43,104 nucleotides of DNA. It comes from a bacterium (GTDB lineage: Bacteria > Planctomycetota > UBA1135 > GCA-002686595). Below are positions 17,429 through 26,403 of the stretch, one piece after another (within the stretch, counting starts at the first letter, position 1; every line of letters starts with the position of its first letter). Under the pieces are notes generated by a model. That model was given only the letters and a program-made list of their open reading frames with translations. It ran no database searches and was not told the DNA's origin. The DNA is taken from contig JAUIEE010000001.1 in NCBI GenBank assembly GCA_030428965.1, positions 1 to 43,104 of the forward strand, read 5' to 3'. The position numbers were made by a program, and so were the translations under genes.

Positions 17429-18214
17429 CTAGGACTGGCAGCTCGGGCACCAGTAGGTGACGCGACGGCGAGCGCCCAGGGTGGCCGCTTCGATCCGCGC
17501 CCCGCATCGATGGCAAGCTTCACCGCCGCGGCCGTACACCCAGTAGCGTCCCCCATCCCCCGCGTTCCGGGTTGTGCGCAGGTGCGGCCCCAGGTTCTCC
17601 TGCAGGAGCTCGCGGGCCTCTCGGTAGACGGTGGCGAGCTGCGCATCGGCGACGTGGTCTAGCCGGCGCAGGGGGTGGATCCCGTGCAGGAAGAGCAGCT
17701 CGCACTTGTAGACGTTGCCGATGCCGGCGGCGACCCCTTGGTGCAAGAGGACGTCAACCAGAGGCACGTCAGGTTCCAGCAGAGCACGGGCACGCCGCAC
17801 GATCTCGCCTCCGTCGGGGGCTCGGTCTCCCAGGAGATCGGGCCCCAGGCGGTGACGTTGCCCCCGGGCGCGGGCTCCGTCTGCGCGGACACATTCCGAT
17901 TCCATCGCCTGGAAGCACACGAACACGTCGCGCTCGGTCGACAGCACGACCGATGCCTGCCGGGCGGGGCGCTTCCAGCGTTCGCCCTGGGCATAGCGAT
18001 GCCAGGAACCGTGCATGCCCAGGTGGGTGCGCACGATCAGGTCCCCCTCGATGTCGATCCACAGGTGCTTGCCCCGAGCGTAGACCCGATCGACCCGACG
18101 CCCCTCCAGCTTCAGGCCGGGATCGTCCTGGAGCAGGAAGTGCGCCAGGCGTTCTCCCTCGAGCCGGGGAGCGATCGCGCGGGCGATCTTGTGGATCGTG
18201 TCGCCTTCAGGCAT
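17429..18214 (-). CDS. nei: Fpg/Nei-family DNA glycosylase / AP lyase (endonuclease VIII-like)
   Basis: N-terminal MPEGDT provides the catalytic Pro2-Glu3. An H2TH region is present, and the C-terminal zinc finger is CHRCGARIEAATLGARRRVTYWCPSC. The gene overlaps the lhr stop by 8 nt. Confidence 0.85.
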   Translation of the reverse strand: MPEGDTIHKIARAIAPRLEGERLAHFLLQDDPGLKLEGRRVDRVYARGKHLWIDIEGDLIVRTHLGMHGSWHRYAQGERWKRPARQASVVLSTERDVFVCFQAMESECVRADGARARGQRHRLGPDLLGDRAPDGGEIVRRARALLEPDVPLVDVLLHQGVAAGIGNVYKCELLFLHGIHPLRRLDHVADAQLATVYREARELLQENLGPHLRTTRNAGDGGRYWVYGRGGEACHRCGARIEAATLGARRRVTYWCPSCQS

Positions 18215-21200
18215 GCAGGCCCCCGGCCTGGCGCCGCTCGCGCGCCTGGCGAATCGCGCTGGGGTCCGCCGCGTAGCCCTTGGGATCGCGGGTGTATCCG
18301 GCTCGCTCGAGGATCTGTCGGTAATCGCCCTCCCCGACGTCCACGCCGTCGATGGACTGCACGATCAACCAGCGACGGCCCAGGGCACGGGGCTCCTCTC
18401 CCAGGAGGGACAGGGCCCGTTCGAGGTGCTCCTTGCGGCCGAAGGTGGTCAGCTTGCGCCCGCCCGCCGAGGCGAACAGCACGGGCTCCCCGTCCGCCAG
18501 CACCAGTCGCGTCCCGCGCGCGCGGCGCGGGGCCGCCGCGTTCGGATCGCGATCCGGCCAGGGAAGCAGCGCGCCCCAGGGGTTGGCCGGGTCCGTCGGC
18601 GTCAGGGAGCCAAGGACCGGCTCGCGCAACCCGTCGGGCTCGATGCGCTCCAGGCGCAGACGATCGGCCGCGCCCGGCGTCGAGAACTGGGCCCCGGCCA
18701 GACCTTCGACGAAGTACCCGCGCCGCACGCGTCCCGTTTCCTCCATCGTGCGCAGCACCCGGTACAAGGGCCCCCAACCGCCGGGAACCTCGTCCGACTG
18801 GGCCGCGCTGCGACTGACGACGCCGTAGCGCTCGAGCAACACCTGGGCCCAGGCCAGCGCGCGCTCGGTCGGCGCGACACCCTCGCCCACGAGATCGCTG
18901 ACCCGCGACCAGCGGCCGCCGCCCAGCGTCACCCGCGTACCGGCGCGCCGTCCCCGAGACCGGGAGCGGGCCAGATAGCGCAAGGGCTGGAACGTGTCGT
19001 TGGTCACCTGGCCCGACCACACCAGATCCCACAGAGCCGGCTCGACTGCGCTGCGCTCGAAGCGTCCGTCCGTCAACAGGGCGCGCTCGAGCTCGGTCAG
19101 GAAGCTCGCTCCGCGCTCGGACAGGTGGTTCAAGATGGCTGCGTGCAACTCGCTCGCCGGCTGCTCGCTTCCTCCGGGCTCCACGAGCTGGGCGATGTGC
19201 TCGCGCCGGTACAACGCCACTCTTCCGTCCGTCGGCCCGAGCGCACCGCGACCGATCCAGACCACCTGCCCCTGGGCCGCCAGGAGATCCAGGTCGTCCA
19301 GGCGAAAGCCCGCGACGCGCTTGGGCAGGAGGCCCAGAACCAGCTCGTTCCAGCTCAGGGGCAGTCCCTCGAGCTGCGCCACGACCTCTTCCAGGCGCTC
19401 GCCGCCGCTGCGTGCGGGCGGACCCTTCGAGCTCGCCGTGCGGAAGCCGTGCCAGGTCTGCAGGAAGCGAGCGAAGGTGCCCGCATCGACCGGAGCCACC
19501 TCGTCCCGCAGGCGCGCGATCGTGCGCCGCTTGATGCGGCGCAACACCTCCGCGTCGCACCATTCGAGCTCGCTGCCCCCCGGACGCAGCTCGCCGAGCA
19601 CGAGCGTTCCCTCGGCCTCGAGCATCCGCAGCAGAGGTTCGACCTGGGACGAGAGCAGACCGTAGCGAGCGGCGATCTCCCGTTCGTGGAACGGACCGTG
19701 GGTGCGCGCGAAGCGACGCAGGATGGAGACCAAAGGCTCCGGGCCGCCATCCAGGAAGTCGCGCGGCAACCCGCCGGGCGGTGCACAGCCGAGGGCGTCG
19801 CGGTAGCGTCCGGCTTCCTCCGCAGCGATCCAGCGCTCCTCTCCCGCGACCCGGATCCGGATCGCCCGACGCTCGGCGTCCAGCTCGTCGAGCCAAGCTC
19901 CCACGGACACGGGGTCCTCCGAGCGCAGCGCGATCTCGTCCAACCCCAGATCCCCGACCCGGCGCAGGAGGTCGGCCACCTCGTCCCGGTCCCGCGCCTT
20001 GCGGCCGGGGGCCAGACCGGCCAGCTCGGCTTCGAGGTCCTCGATCACGTCCCCGTCGAGCAGCTCGCGCAGCTCGGCCTGCCCCAGGAGCTCGCGCAGC
20101 ATCTCACGGTCCAGGGTGAGCGCCTGTACCTTGCGCTCGGCCACCGGCGAGTCGCCGTCGTAGAGGTAGGCCGCCACGTAGGCGAAGACCACCGAGCGCG
20201 CGAAGGGCGAGGGTCGTGGGGTCTCCACACCGTCCACGCGAATGGAACGATCGCGGACTCCGCCCAGGATGGTGCGCAGCCCATCGAGGTCGAAGACGTC
20301 GTTCAGTGCGTGACGGTAGGTCTCGAGCACGATCGGGAAGCTCGGGTAACGCCGGGCAACCGACAGGAGCTGGCGCGCCTTGCGGCGCTGCATCCAGAGG
20401 GGGCTGCGCTGTCCCGGGCGACGCCTCGTCACGAGCAGGGAGCGCACCGCGTTCTCCCGGAACAGAGAGGCGAACAGGGAAGTGGAGCTGAGCTGCTCGG
20501 TCAAGAGCTCCTCGATCTCCTCGGGCTCGGGGAAGAGCTCTTCCACGGCCGGCAACTCCTCGGCGTCGGCGTAGCGCAGCACGATGCCGTCGTCGCAGTA
20601 CATGAGCGAGATCTCGGCGTCCGCCCGATCCGCCAGCTTGCGCTCGAGCGCCATGGCCCAGGGCGCGTGTACCCGGGTGCCGAAGGGCGAGAGGATGCAC
20701 ACGCGCCAATCGCCGAGCTCGTCCCGGAATCGCTCGACGGTAATGGAGCGGTCCGTGGGCAAGGCGCCGCAGTGCTCGCGCTGGTCCACGAGGTAGCCGG
20801 CCAGGTTCTGGGCGGCGAACCGGTCCAGGGGCAGCTCCGCCGCCAATCGCCGTGCGACCTCTTCGCGCTCGCCGCGCCCGTACTCCCGGACGAAGGCTCC
20901 CAGAGCGCGCCCGACCTCCACCGGTCGACCCGGCCCCTCACCGCGCCAGAAGGGCAGGCGCCCCGGTTCGCCCGGAGCCGGCGACACGAGCACGCGGTTG
21001 GCTTCGATCGCCTCGACGCGCCAGGTCGTGGCTCCGAGCAGGAACGTGTCGCCGGTGCGCGACTCGTAGACCATCTCCTCGTCCAGCTCACCGATGCGCG
21101 GTCCCGCTTCTTCTCCGCCGGCCACGTGCACCCCGAAGGCGCCCCGGTCGGGAATGGTGCCGGCGTTCGTGCGCGCGACGAGCGTGGCGCCCGATCGGGC

Positions 21201-22703
21201 CGAGAGCACGTCCGCCGCCCGGTCCCAGCGCAGGCGCGGGCGCAGATCGGCCAGTTCGTTGCTCGGGTAACGGCCCGAGAGCATCTCGAGCACGCCCTGC
21301 AGCGAGCTCTCCGGCAACTCCCGGTACGGGCCCGCGCGACGCACGAGCTCCCCCAGCTCCTCCGGCGTGCGAGGCGCATCGCAGCAGATCGCCACGATCT
21401 GTTGCGCCAGCACGTCGAGGCAGTTGGCCGGGACCTCGAGCGCCTCGATCTCGCCCTCGAGCATGCGCGCCGCCACGACGGTCGCCTCGAGCAGATCGCC
21501 CTTGAACTTCGGGAAGACGACCCCCCGACTCGTCTCGCCCACCTTGTGCCCGGCGCGCCCCACGCGTTGCAGCCCCCGGGCCACCGATCCCGGCGATTCG
21601 ACCAGGAGCACCTGGTCCACCGCCCCCATGTCGATCCCCAGCTCCAGGGAGCTGGTGGCCACGATCCCGCGCACGTCGCCGCGCTTCAGGGCGTCCTCGA
21701 TCGTGGCGCGCTTGGCGTGGGAGACGCTGCCGTGGTGGGCGAGCACGAGCTCCTCGTCGGCCAGCTCGTTCAGTCGCTGCGCGATGCGTTCGCACAGGCC
21801 ACGGCTGTTGACGAACAGGATCGTCGAGCGATGGGCGCGGATCGCTTCGAGGAGCTCCGGGTAGATCGCGGACCACAGGCCGCGCTCTTCCTGCGATCCC
21901 CCCTGCCCGTAGGATCGCTCTGTGCGCGCGAGCTGGGCCAGGATCGGACCTCCTTCCTCCGCGGGGGGGACAGGTGTCGGCGGCTTCTCCATGTCCGCCA
22001 CGGGGACACGGATCTCGATCTCCAGGCTGGGTCGGGCCGAAGCGTCCACGAGCTCCACCGGCCGACTTCCACCCAGGAAGCCGGCCACACGATCGAGGGG
22101 ACGCACCGTGGCCGAGAGCCCCACGCGCTGCGGCTCCTCCTCGGCGATCTCGGCCAGGCGCTCGAGGGAGAGCGCCAGGTGCGCACCGCGCTTGGTCGCG
22201 GCCAGGGCATGGATCTCGTCCACGATGACCGTCGTCACGGTCGTCAAGGTCTCGCGCTGGCGGGAGCCGAGCACCAGGTAGAGGGACTCCGGCGTCGTGA
22301 CCAGGATGTCGCCGGGGTCACGCGCCTGTCGCTGGCGCTCCCGCTGGGGTGTGTCCCCGGTGCGGACGTCGACCCGCAGGGGCCGCAGGGTGCGACCGGA
22401 ACGGGCCGCGGCCGCCTGGATCCCCGCCAGGGGCGTGCGCAGGTTGCGCTCCACGTCGGCTACCAGCGCCTTGAGGGGCGACACGTAGACGCAGCGCACG
22501 CCCTGGGGAGCGTCCGCGGGGAGGCGCGCGATGCGATCGATCGTGTGCAGGAAGGCCGCCAGGGTCTTGCCCGAACCGGTCGGCGCCACGAGCAGCACGT
22601 GGCGCCCCTTCTCGATCTCGGCCCAACCGCGCTCCTGGACCTCGGTGGGCGCCGCGAAGGCACCCTCGAACCAGGTGCGCGTAGCAGGGTCGAACGTTTG
22701 CAT
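18207..22703 (-). CDS. lhr: Lhr-family large ATP-dependent DEAD/DEAH-box helicase (full length, ~1500 aa)
   Basis: N-terminus FAAPTEVQERGWAEIEKGRHVLLVAPTGSGKTLAAFL, a DEIH box (VIVDEIHAL), SAT, and motif VI QRVGRAGH. The long C-terminal extension is typical of full-length Lhr. Confidence 0.9.
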   Translation of the reverse strand: MQTFDPATRTWFEGAFAAPTEVQERGWAEIEKGRHVLLVAPTGSGKTLAAFLHTIDRIARLPADAPQGVRCVYVSPLKALVADVERNLRTPLAGIQAAAARSGRTLRPLRVDVRTGDTPQRERQRQARDPGDILVTTPESLYLVLGSRQRETLTTVTTVIVDEIHALAATKRGAHLALSLERLAEIAEEEPQRVGLSATVRPLDRVAGFLGGSRPVELVDASARPSLEIEIRVPVADMEKPPTPVPPAEEGGPILAQLARTERSYGQGGSQEERGLWSAIYPELLEAIRAHRSTILFVNSRGLCERIAQRLNELADEELVLAHHGSVSHAKRATIEDALKRGDVRGIVATSSLELGIDMGAVDQVLLVESPGSVARGLQRVGRAGHKVGETSRGVVFPKFKGDLLEATVVAARMLEGEIEALEVPANCLDVLAQQIVAICCDAPRTPEELGELVRRAGPYRELPESSLQGVLEMLSGRYPSNELADLRPRLRWDRAADVLSARSGATLVARTNAGTIPDRGAFGVHVAGGEEAGPRIGELDEEMVYESRTGDTFLLGATTWRVEAIEANRVLVSPAPGEPGRLPFWRGEGPGRPVEVGRALGAFVREYGRGEREEVARRLAAELPLDRFAAQNLAGYLVDQREHCGALPTDRSITVERFRDELGDWRVCILSPFGTRVHAPWAMALERKLADRADAEISLMYCDDGIVLRYADAEELPAVEELFPEPEEIEELLTEQLSSTSLFASLFRENAVRSLLVTRRRPGQRSPLWMQRRKARQLLSVARRYPSFPIVLETYRHALNDVFDLDGLRTILGGVRDRSIRVDGVETPRPSPFARSVVFAYVAAYLYDGDSPVAERKVQALTLDREMLRELLGQAELRELLDGDVIEDLEAELAGLAPGRKARDRDEVADLLRRVGDLGLDEIALRSEDPVSVGAWLDELDAERRAIRIRVAGEERWIAAEEAGRYRDALGCAPPGGLPRDFLDGGPEPLVSILRRFARTHGPFHEREIAARYGLLSSQVEPLLRMLEAEGTLVLGELRPGGSELEWCDAEVLRRIKRRTIARLRDEVAPVDAGTFARFLQTWHGFRTASSKGPPARSGGERLEEVVAQLEGLPLSWNELVLGLLPKRVAGFRLDDLDLLAAQGQVVWIGRGALGPTDGRVALYRREHIAQLVEPGGSEQPASELHAAILNHLSERGASFLTELERALLTDGRFERSAVEPALWDLVWSGQVTNDTFQPLRYLARSRSRGRRAGTRVTLGGGRWSRVSDLVGEGVAPTERALAWAQVLLERYGVVSRSAAQSDEVPGGWGPLYRVLRTMEETGRVRRGYFVEGLAGAQFSTPGAADRLRLERIEPDGLREPVLGSLTPTDPANPWGALLPWPDRDPNAAAPRRARGTRLVLADGEPVLFASAGGRKLTTFGRKEHLERALSLLGEEPRALGRRWLIVQSIDGVDVGEGDYRQILERAGYTRDPKGYAADPSAIRQARERRQAGGLHA

Positions 22704-22721
22704 CGGAATCGGAAGAGGACC

Positions 22722-24251
22722 TCAGCCCGCCATCAGGGCGAGGACGGCTTCCAGGGTATCCGCCTCGCGAGCATCTTTGTCGGGCCGATAGCCCTTCAAC
22801 CGCGCAAAACGCAGGGCGACCCCTCCGGGGTACTGTGGGCTCTTCTGCACGCCGTCGAAGGCGATTTCGACCACGAGCTCCGGCCGCACGTGCACCACGT
22901 GACCGTCGCGGTGGGTTTCGCGGGCCAAGAGCGCGCGCGTTTGCTCCTGCAGGGTGGCGTCGGTCATGCCCTTGAAGGTCTTGCCGAGCATGACGAAGCT
23001 CCCCGTCTCCCCAACGCGCGCGCCCAGGTGCAGGTTCGAGAGCCACCCTTCCCGTCGGCCGCTGCCCCACTCCGCGGCCAGCACGACCAGGTCCAGGGTG
23101 TGGGCCGGCTTGAGCTTGAGCCAGCGCGCGCCCCGGCGACCGGCTTCGTAGGGAGCGTCCAGGGCCTTGGCGACGACTCCCTCGTGTCCACGGTCCAGCG
23201 CTTCGGCGAAGAACGCGCGCGCTTCGTCGGCCGCGTCCGTCACGCAGCGCCGGACGCGCAGAGGCTCGGGGACGAGCGCTTCCAGGACTTCCCAGCGTTC
23301 CTCGCCCGGTGCATCGATCCACGCTTCTCCATCCCGATACAGGAGGTCGAAGAAGATGGGCGTGAGCGGCGTTCGCTTGCGCTCCGCGGCCACATCGAGC
23401 CGGCGGCCGAAGCGCCCCATCGTGACCTGAAAGGGCTCCGGACGACCGTCGGCAGCGAAGGCCAAGACCTCCCCGTCGAGGATCAGCTCCCGGGCTTCGA
23501 AGGCCCGCACCGCTTCGACGACTTCGGGCACCGCCGCCGTGACGTCGTGCAACTTCCGTGACCAGGCGCGCACCTCGTCGCCCCGCTTGTGAACTTGCAG
23601 CCGCGCACCATCGAGCTTCCACTCGTAGGCGGCGCGCCCGAGCTTCAGGGTCACCGCCTCGACGTCGTCTCCCGTGCCCGCGAGCATGGGTTGGATCGGA
23701 CGCATGGGCTCGAGCCCGAAGGCTTCGATCGCCTCGAGTCCGTCCCGGAGACCGGCCAGGGCAACGTCGCGCAAGGAACCGCCGAGCATGGCCGCACGGC
23801 GCACGCGATCCGCGGGCAGGTTGCCGGACAGGGCCACGGCTTCGAGCAGCACGGCCTCCAGAGCCCCCTGGCGCAGCTCGCCTCCGATCAGCTTGCACAG
23901 GAAGCGTTGCTCCGACTCGGTGCACCGCGCCAGGAGCTCGCCCAGGGCCTCGACCTTGCGGCCCTTGGAACCGGCTCCGGAGAAACCTCCGATGCGCGCG
24001 AAGGTGTCGTCTACCTCCGACAGGAGCACGCTCGTTTCCGCCGCCGCCTCACCGGGCAAGGCTTCCTTCACCAGGGACCACCCGATCCCCACCTTGCCCT
24101 GGCGCAGCTCGCCCGCGAAGAACGCCAGACCGATCTCCAGCTCCTCCCCCCGCAGACGACCCAGGAGCTCGGCCAGGAGAGCGGTCTTCTGCTTGCGCGA
24201 GCGGGTCCCGGCAACCTGCTCGCTGGTGTGGACGAGGTCGTGGAATTGCAT
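22722..24251 (-). CDS. ATP-dependent DNA ligase (LigB-type, with an N-terminal DNA-binding domain)
   Basis: Adenylation motif I is EWKLDGAR (KxDG). Also present are LDGEVLA, FDLLY, EGVVAK and WLKLKP, and an OB-domain tail. The start is ATG 24251 (MQFHDLV...). The stop lies 18 nt upstream of lhr. Confidence 0.9.
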   Translation of the reverse strand: MQFHDLVHTSEQVAGTRSRKQKTALLAELLGRLRGEELEIGLAFFAGELRQGKVGIGWSLVKEALPGEAAAETSVLLSEVDDTFARIGGFSGAGSKGRKVEALGELLARCTESEQRFLCKLIGGELRQGALEAVLLEAVALSGNLPADRVRRAAMLGGSLRDVALAGLRDGLEAIEAFGLEPMRPIQPMLAGTGDDVEAVTLKLGRAAYEWKLDGARLQVHKRGDEVRAWSRKLHDVTAAVPEVVEAVRAFEARELILDGEVLAFAADGRPEPFQVTMGRFGRRLDVAAERKRTPLTPIFFDLLYRDGEAWIDAPGEERWEVLEALVPEPLRVRRCVTDAADEARAFFAEALDRGHEGVVAKALDAPYEAGRRGARWLKLKPAHTLDLVVLAAEWGSGRREGWLSNLHLGARVGETGSFVMLGKTFKGMTDATLQEQTRALLARETHRDGHVVHVRPELVVEIAFDGVQKSPQYPGGVALRFARLKGYRPDKDAREADTLEAVLALMAG

Positions 24252-24339
24252 CGGCAGGTGAGCGCTGGGGCAGTTCTCTAGATCCCCCATCGTCGCCGCT
24301 CGAGGTCGTCGTGCCCATGGGCCGACAGCCCCGCGCGCC

Positions 24340-24783
24340 TCAGGCTTGCATCTGTTTGCGCGCGGCCCGGAACGAGCGGATGCACAGGAACAGGAAGACC
24401 CCGCACAACAGGGCCATCAGCCAGACGAACAGGAAGCTGCGCTGGTTGAGGCTCGGGTCGTCGTCCAGGAACTTGCCGATCCCCATGGATCCGCGACCGG
24501 CTCCGGCCAGGAAGCCGAGCAGCCCGACCACGGCGGCGGCATGCATGGCGTGCTTGCGAACCGACTCCATGAGAGCCACGAGGCCCAGCAGGACGAGCAG
24601 GCCCCCCACGAAAGCGGGAATCAAGGCCGTGACGGAGGCGACCCCCGGACCTTCTTCCTCGACGACGGCACCGACCTCCTCCGCGGCAAGGGCCGGGTCT
24701 TCCCCGGAGCTCGACGAGCCGGTGTAACCCACGACTCCGAGGACGATGAGCAGGAGCCCGATGACGAGGGTGATCTTGGCCAT
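24340..24783 (-). CDS. Small integral membrane protein (4 predicted TM helices, acidic loop)
   Basis: ATG 24783 gives MAKITLVIGLLLIVLGVVGY, followed by three more hydrophobic helices. I recognised no family. Confidence 0.5.
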   Translation of the reverse strand: MAKITLVIGLLLIVLGVVGYTGSSSSGEDPALAAEEVGAVVEEEGPGVASVTALIPAFVGGLLVLLGLVALMESVRKHAMHAAAVVGLLGFLAGAGRGSMGIGKFLDDDPSLNQRSFLFVWLMALLCGVFLFLCIRSFRAARKQMQA

Positions 24784-24981
24784 GACGGAGGATGCTGAGG
24801 ATAAGAAGGGGAAGCGGTAGGCCGGATCCGCCGGCAACGCGGGGGCATCTTAGCCTGGAGCGAGCATGGGGGCCCTTTTCTCCGTCCGGATCGGGCCAAC
24901 CACACGACTCTTTCCATTCATGAACAGAGTCGCGAGCCTTGCCCCTGTAGGCTGGGAGCCCAACCCAACCGGAGGCCTCGC

Positions 24982-25809
24982 ATGATGCTCAGTTCCCTGT
25001 CCTTGCTCCTGCTCCCGCTCGCCGCGAACACGACGCCGAACCACGAGGAGATCGAGCGAGCCGTGCTCGACTACGCCGAGTCCTACTACGAGGTGCGCCC
25101 GGACTACGTGGAGCGCTCGATCCATCCCGAGCTGGCCAAGATCGGCTACACCTGGCGGGAAGGTCAGTGGAGCACGCACCCGATGGACTACGACGGTTTC
25201 GTCAAGATGGTCGCGTGGCTCCAGAGCCAGGAAGACAAGCCCGCGCCGGGCCCCAAGGAAGTCGTGATCCTGGACGCCATGGATCAGACTGCGCTGGTGC
25301 AGCTCACCGGTTCCTGGGGGATCGACTACATGCAGCTGGCGCGCTTCGACGGGCGCTGGCAAACGCGGCACGTGGTCTGGCAGACCGTGCCGATCGACCC
25401 TTCGGAGGAGGCGATCGAGGCCGACCGTGCAGCGGTCGCCCGCGCAGCCCAGGACTACCTCGATGGGCTCTACCAGGCTCGGCCGGAGCTGGTCGAGAAG
25501 AGCGTCCACGCGGAGCTGGCCAAGCTGGGCTTCACTCGTAAGGAGCCTGGCGAAGCGTACGAACCGAGCGTCATGACCCGAGCCGAACTGCTCGCCATCG
25601 CCGGCACGTGGAACGCCGAGGGCGACAAGGTGGACGCCGACACCCCGGGGAAGGTCGAGGTGCTCGGCGTCATGGATCGCGTCGCCTGCGTGAAGCTCAC
25701 GGCCCTGTGGGGCGCGGACTACATGCACCTGACCAAGGACGAGGACGGGGTGTGGAAGATCCGGCACATCCTGTGGCAGACGCTGCCGCCCCGGGCATCC
25801 AACGGCTGA
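24982..25809 (+). CDS. Secreted protein made of two tandem NTF2-like (putative lumazine-binding / SnoaL-like) domains
   Basis: Signal peptide MMLSSLSLLLLPLAA. The two halves are clearly homologous: RPDYVERSIHPELAKIGYT vs RPELVEKSVHAELAKLGFT, and GIDYMQLARFDGRWQTRHVVWQTVP vs GADYMHLTKDEDGVWKIRHILWQTLP. Confidence 0.7.
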   Translation: MMLSSLSLLLLPLAANTTPNHEEIERAVLDYAESYYEVRPDYVERSIHPELAKIGYTWREGQWSTHPMDYDGFVKMVAWLQSQEDKPAPGPKEVVILDAMDQTALVQLTGSWGIDYMQLARFDGRWQTRHVVWQTVPIDPSEEAIEADRAAVARAAQDYLDGLYQARPELVEKSVHAELAKLGFTRKEPGEAYEPSVMTRAELLAIAGTWNAEGDKVDADTPGKVEVLGVMDRVACVKLTALWGADYMHLTKDEDGVWKIRHILWQTLPPRASNG

Positions 25810-25818
25810 GGTCGGGCT

Positions 25819-25836
25819 CCTTCTCTATATAGAAGG
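25819..25836 (+). terminator. Short hairpin (CCTTCT-ctatat-AGAAGG) 10 nt after the NTF2-like gene stop; a weak terminator candidate, or an AT-rich -10-like element
   Basis: Read directly: a 6-bp stem and a 6-nt loop containing TATATA. No U-tract follows. Confidence 0.25.
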
Positions 25837-25879
25837 GCAGGCCTCGAGGCTCACGTCACTCCGTTGGGTCGAAGAAAAA

Positions 25880-25895
25880 GCAACCATTGGGTTGC
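25880..25895. promoter_or_regulatory. Inverted repeat GCAACC-ATTG-GGTTGC; candidate ArsR-family operator, distal copy
   Basis: Read directly. It has the same half-sites as the second copy 46 bp downstream. Confidence 0.5.
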
Positions 25896-25925
25896 CCATA
25901 AGGCCCTACGGACTTAGCCTAATGA

Positions 25926-25941
25926 GCAACCTGGAGGTTGC
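25926..25941. promoter_or_regulatory. Inverted repeat GCAACCT-GG-AGGTTGC; candidate ArsR-family operator, proximal copy, overlapping the ribosome-binding site
   Basis: Read directly: a perfect 7-2-7 palindrome. The centre and right arm contain GGAGG, 5 nt upstream of the ATG at 25945. Confidence 0.5.
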
Positions 25942-25944
25942 CTG

Positions 25945-26403
25945 ATGGCTGAAGCAAACCAAGACCGCATCGAGAAGATCGTCGAGCTCCGAGCCCCCGT
26001 CTCGCGCGTGTGGCGCGCCCTTACCGACCATGTGGAGTTCGGATCGTGGTTCCGCGTCCAGCTCGACGGCCCGTTCCGAGTGGGCGTCGTCAACAAGGGC
26101 AAGATCACCTACCCCGGCTACGAGCACATGGTGTGGGAGTCCCGCACCGAGAAACTCGAGCCCGAACGCCTGTTCGTGTTCTCGTGGCCGCCCGGCACGG
26201 TCGATCCCGACCACTCCTACGACCCCGAGGCCAAGGTGCTGGTGGAGTTCCACCTGGAGCCCAGCCGGACGGGAACTCGCCTCACGATCATCGAGTCGGG
26301 CTTCCTGCAGTTCCACGAGTCCAAGCGCCTCGAAGTCCTGCGCATGAACCGGCAGGGATGGGACATGCAGGCCGACAACATCGCCGCCCATGTCGCCGAC
26401 TAG
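25945..26403 (+). CDS. SRPBCC / AHSA1-family protein
   Basis: RIEKIVELRAPVSRVWRALTDHVEFGSWF plus ...GWDMQADNIAAHV is the typical AHSA1-like pattern. The gene is co-transcribed with an ArsR regulator, a very common pairing. Confidence 0.8.
   Translation: MAEANQDRIEKIVELRAPVSRVWRALTDHVEFGSWFRVQLDGPFRVGVVNKGKITYPGYEHMVWESRTEKLEPERLFVFSWPPGTVDPDHSYDPEAKVLVEFHLEPSRTGTRLTIIESGFLQFHESKRLEVLRMNRQGWDMQADNIAAHVAD

Noticed and set aside
17233-17646. A 137-aa minus-strand ORF spanning the nei / DUF2383 spacer
   Set aside because: It overlaps the 3' end of nei out of frame, has Arg/Pro/Ala-rich composition, and has no ribosome-binding site or motif. The spacer is better explained by the inverted-repeat array.
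18189-23561. A 1790-aa ORF on the plus strand, the longest in the window
   Set aside because: It lies exactly antisense to the lhr and ligase genes. It is Arg/Pro/Gly/Ala-rich with no recognisable motifs. This is the classic stop-free shadow frame of very GC-rich coding DNA, and the minus-strand frames carry unambiguous helicase and ligase motifs.
24850-25767. A 305-aa minus-strand ORF across the NTF2-like gene
   Set aside because: It is antisense to a gene with a clear internal domain duplication and a signal peptide. The antisense translation has no features.
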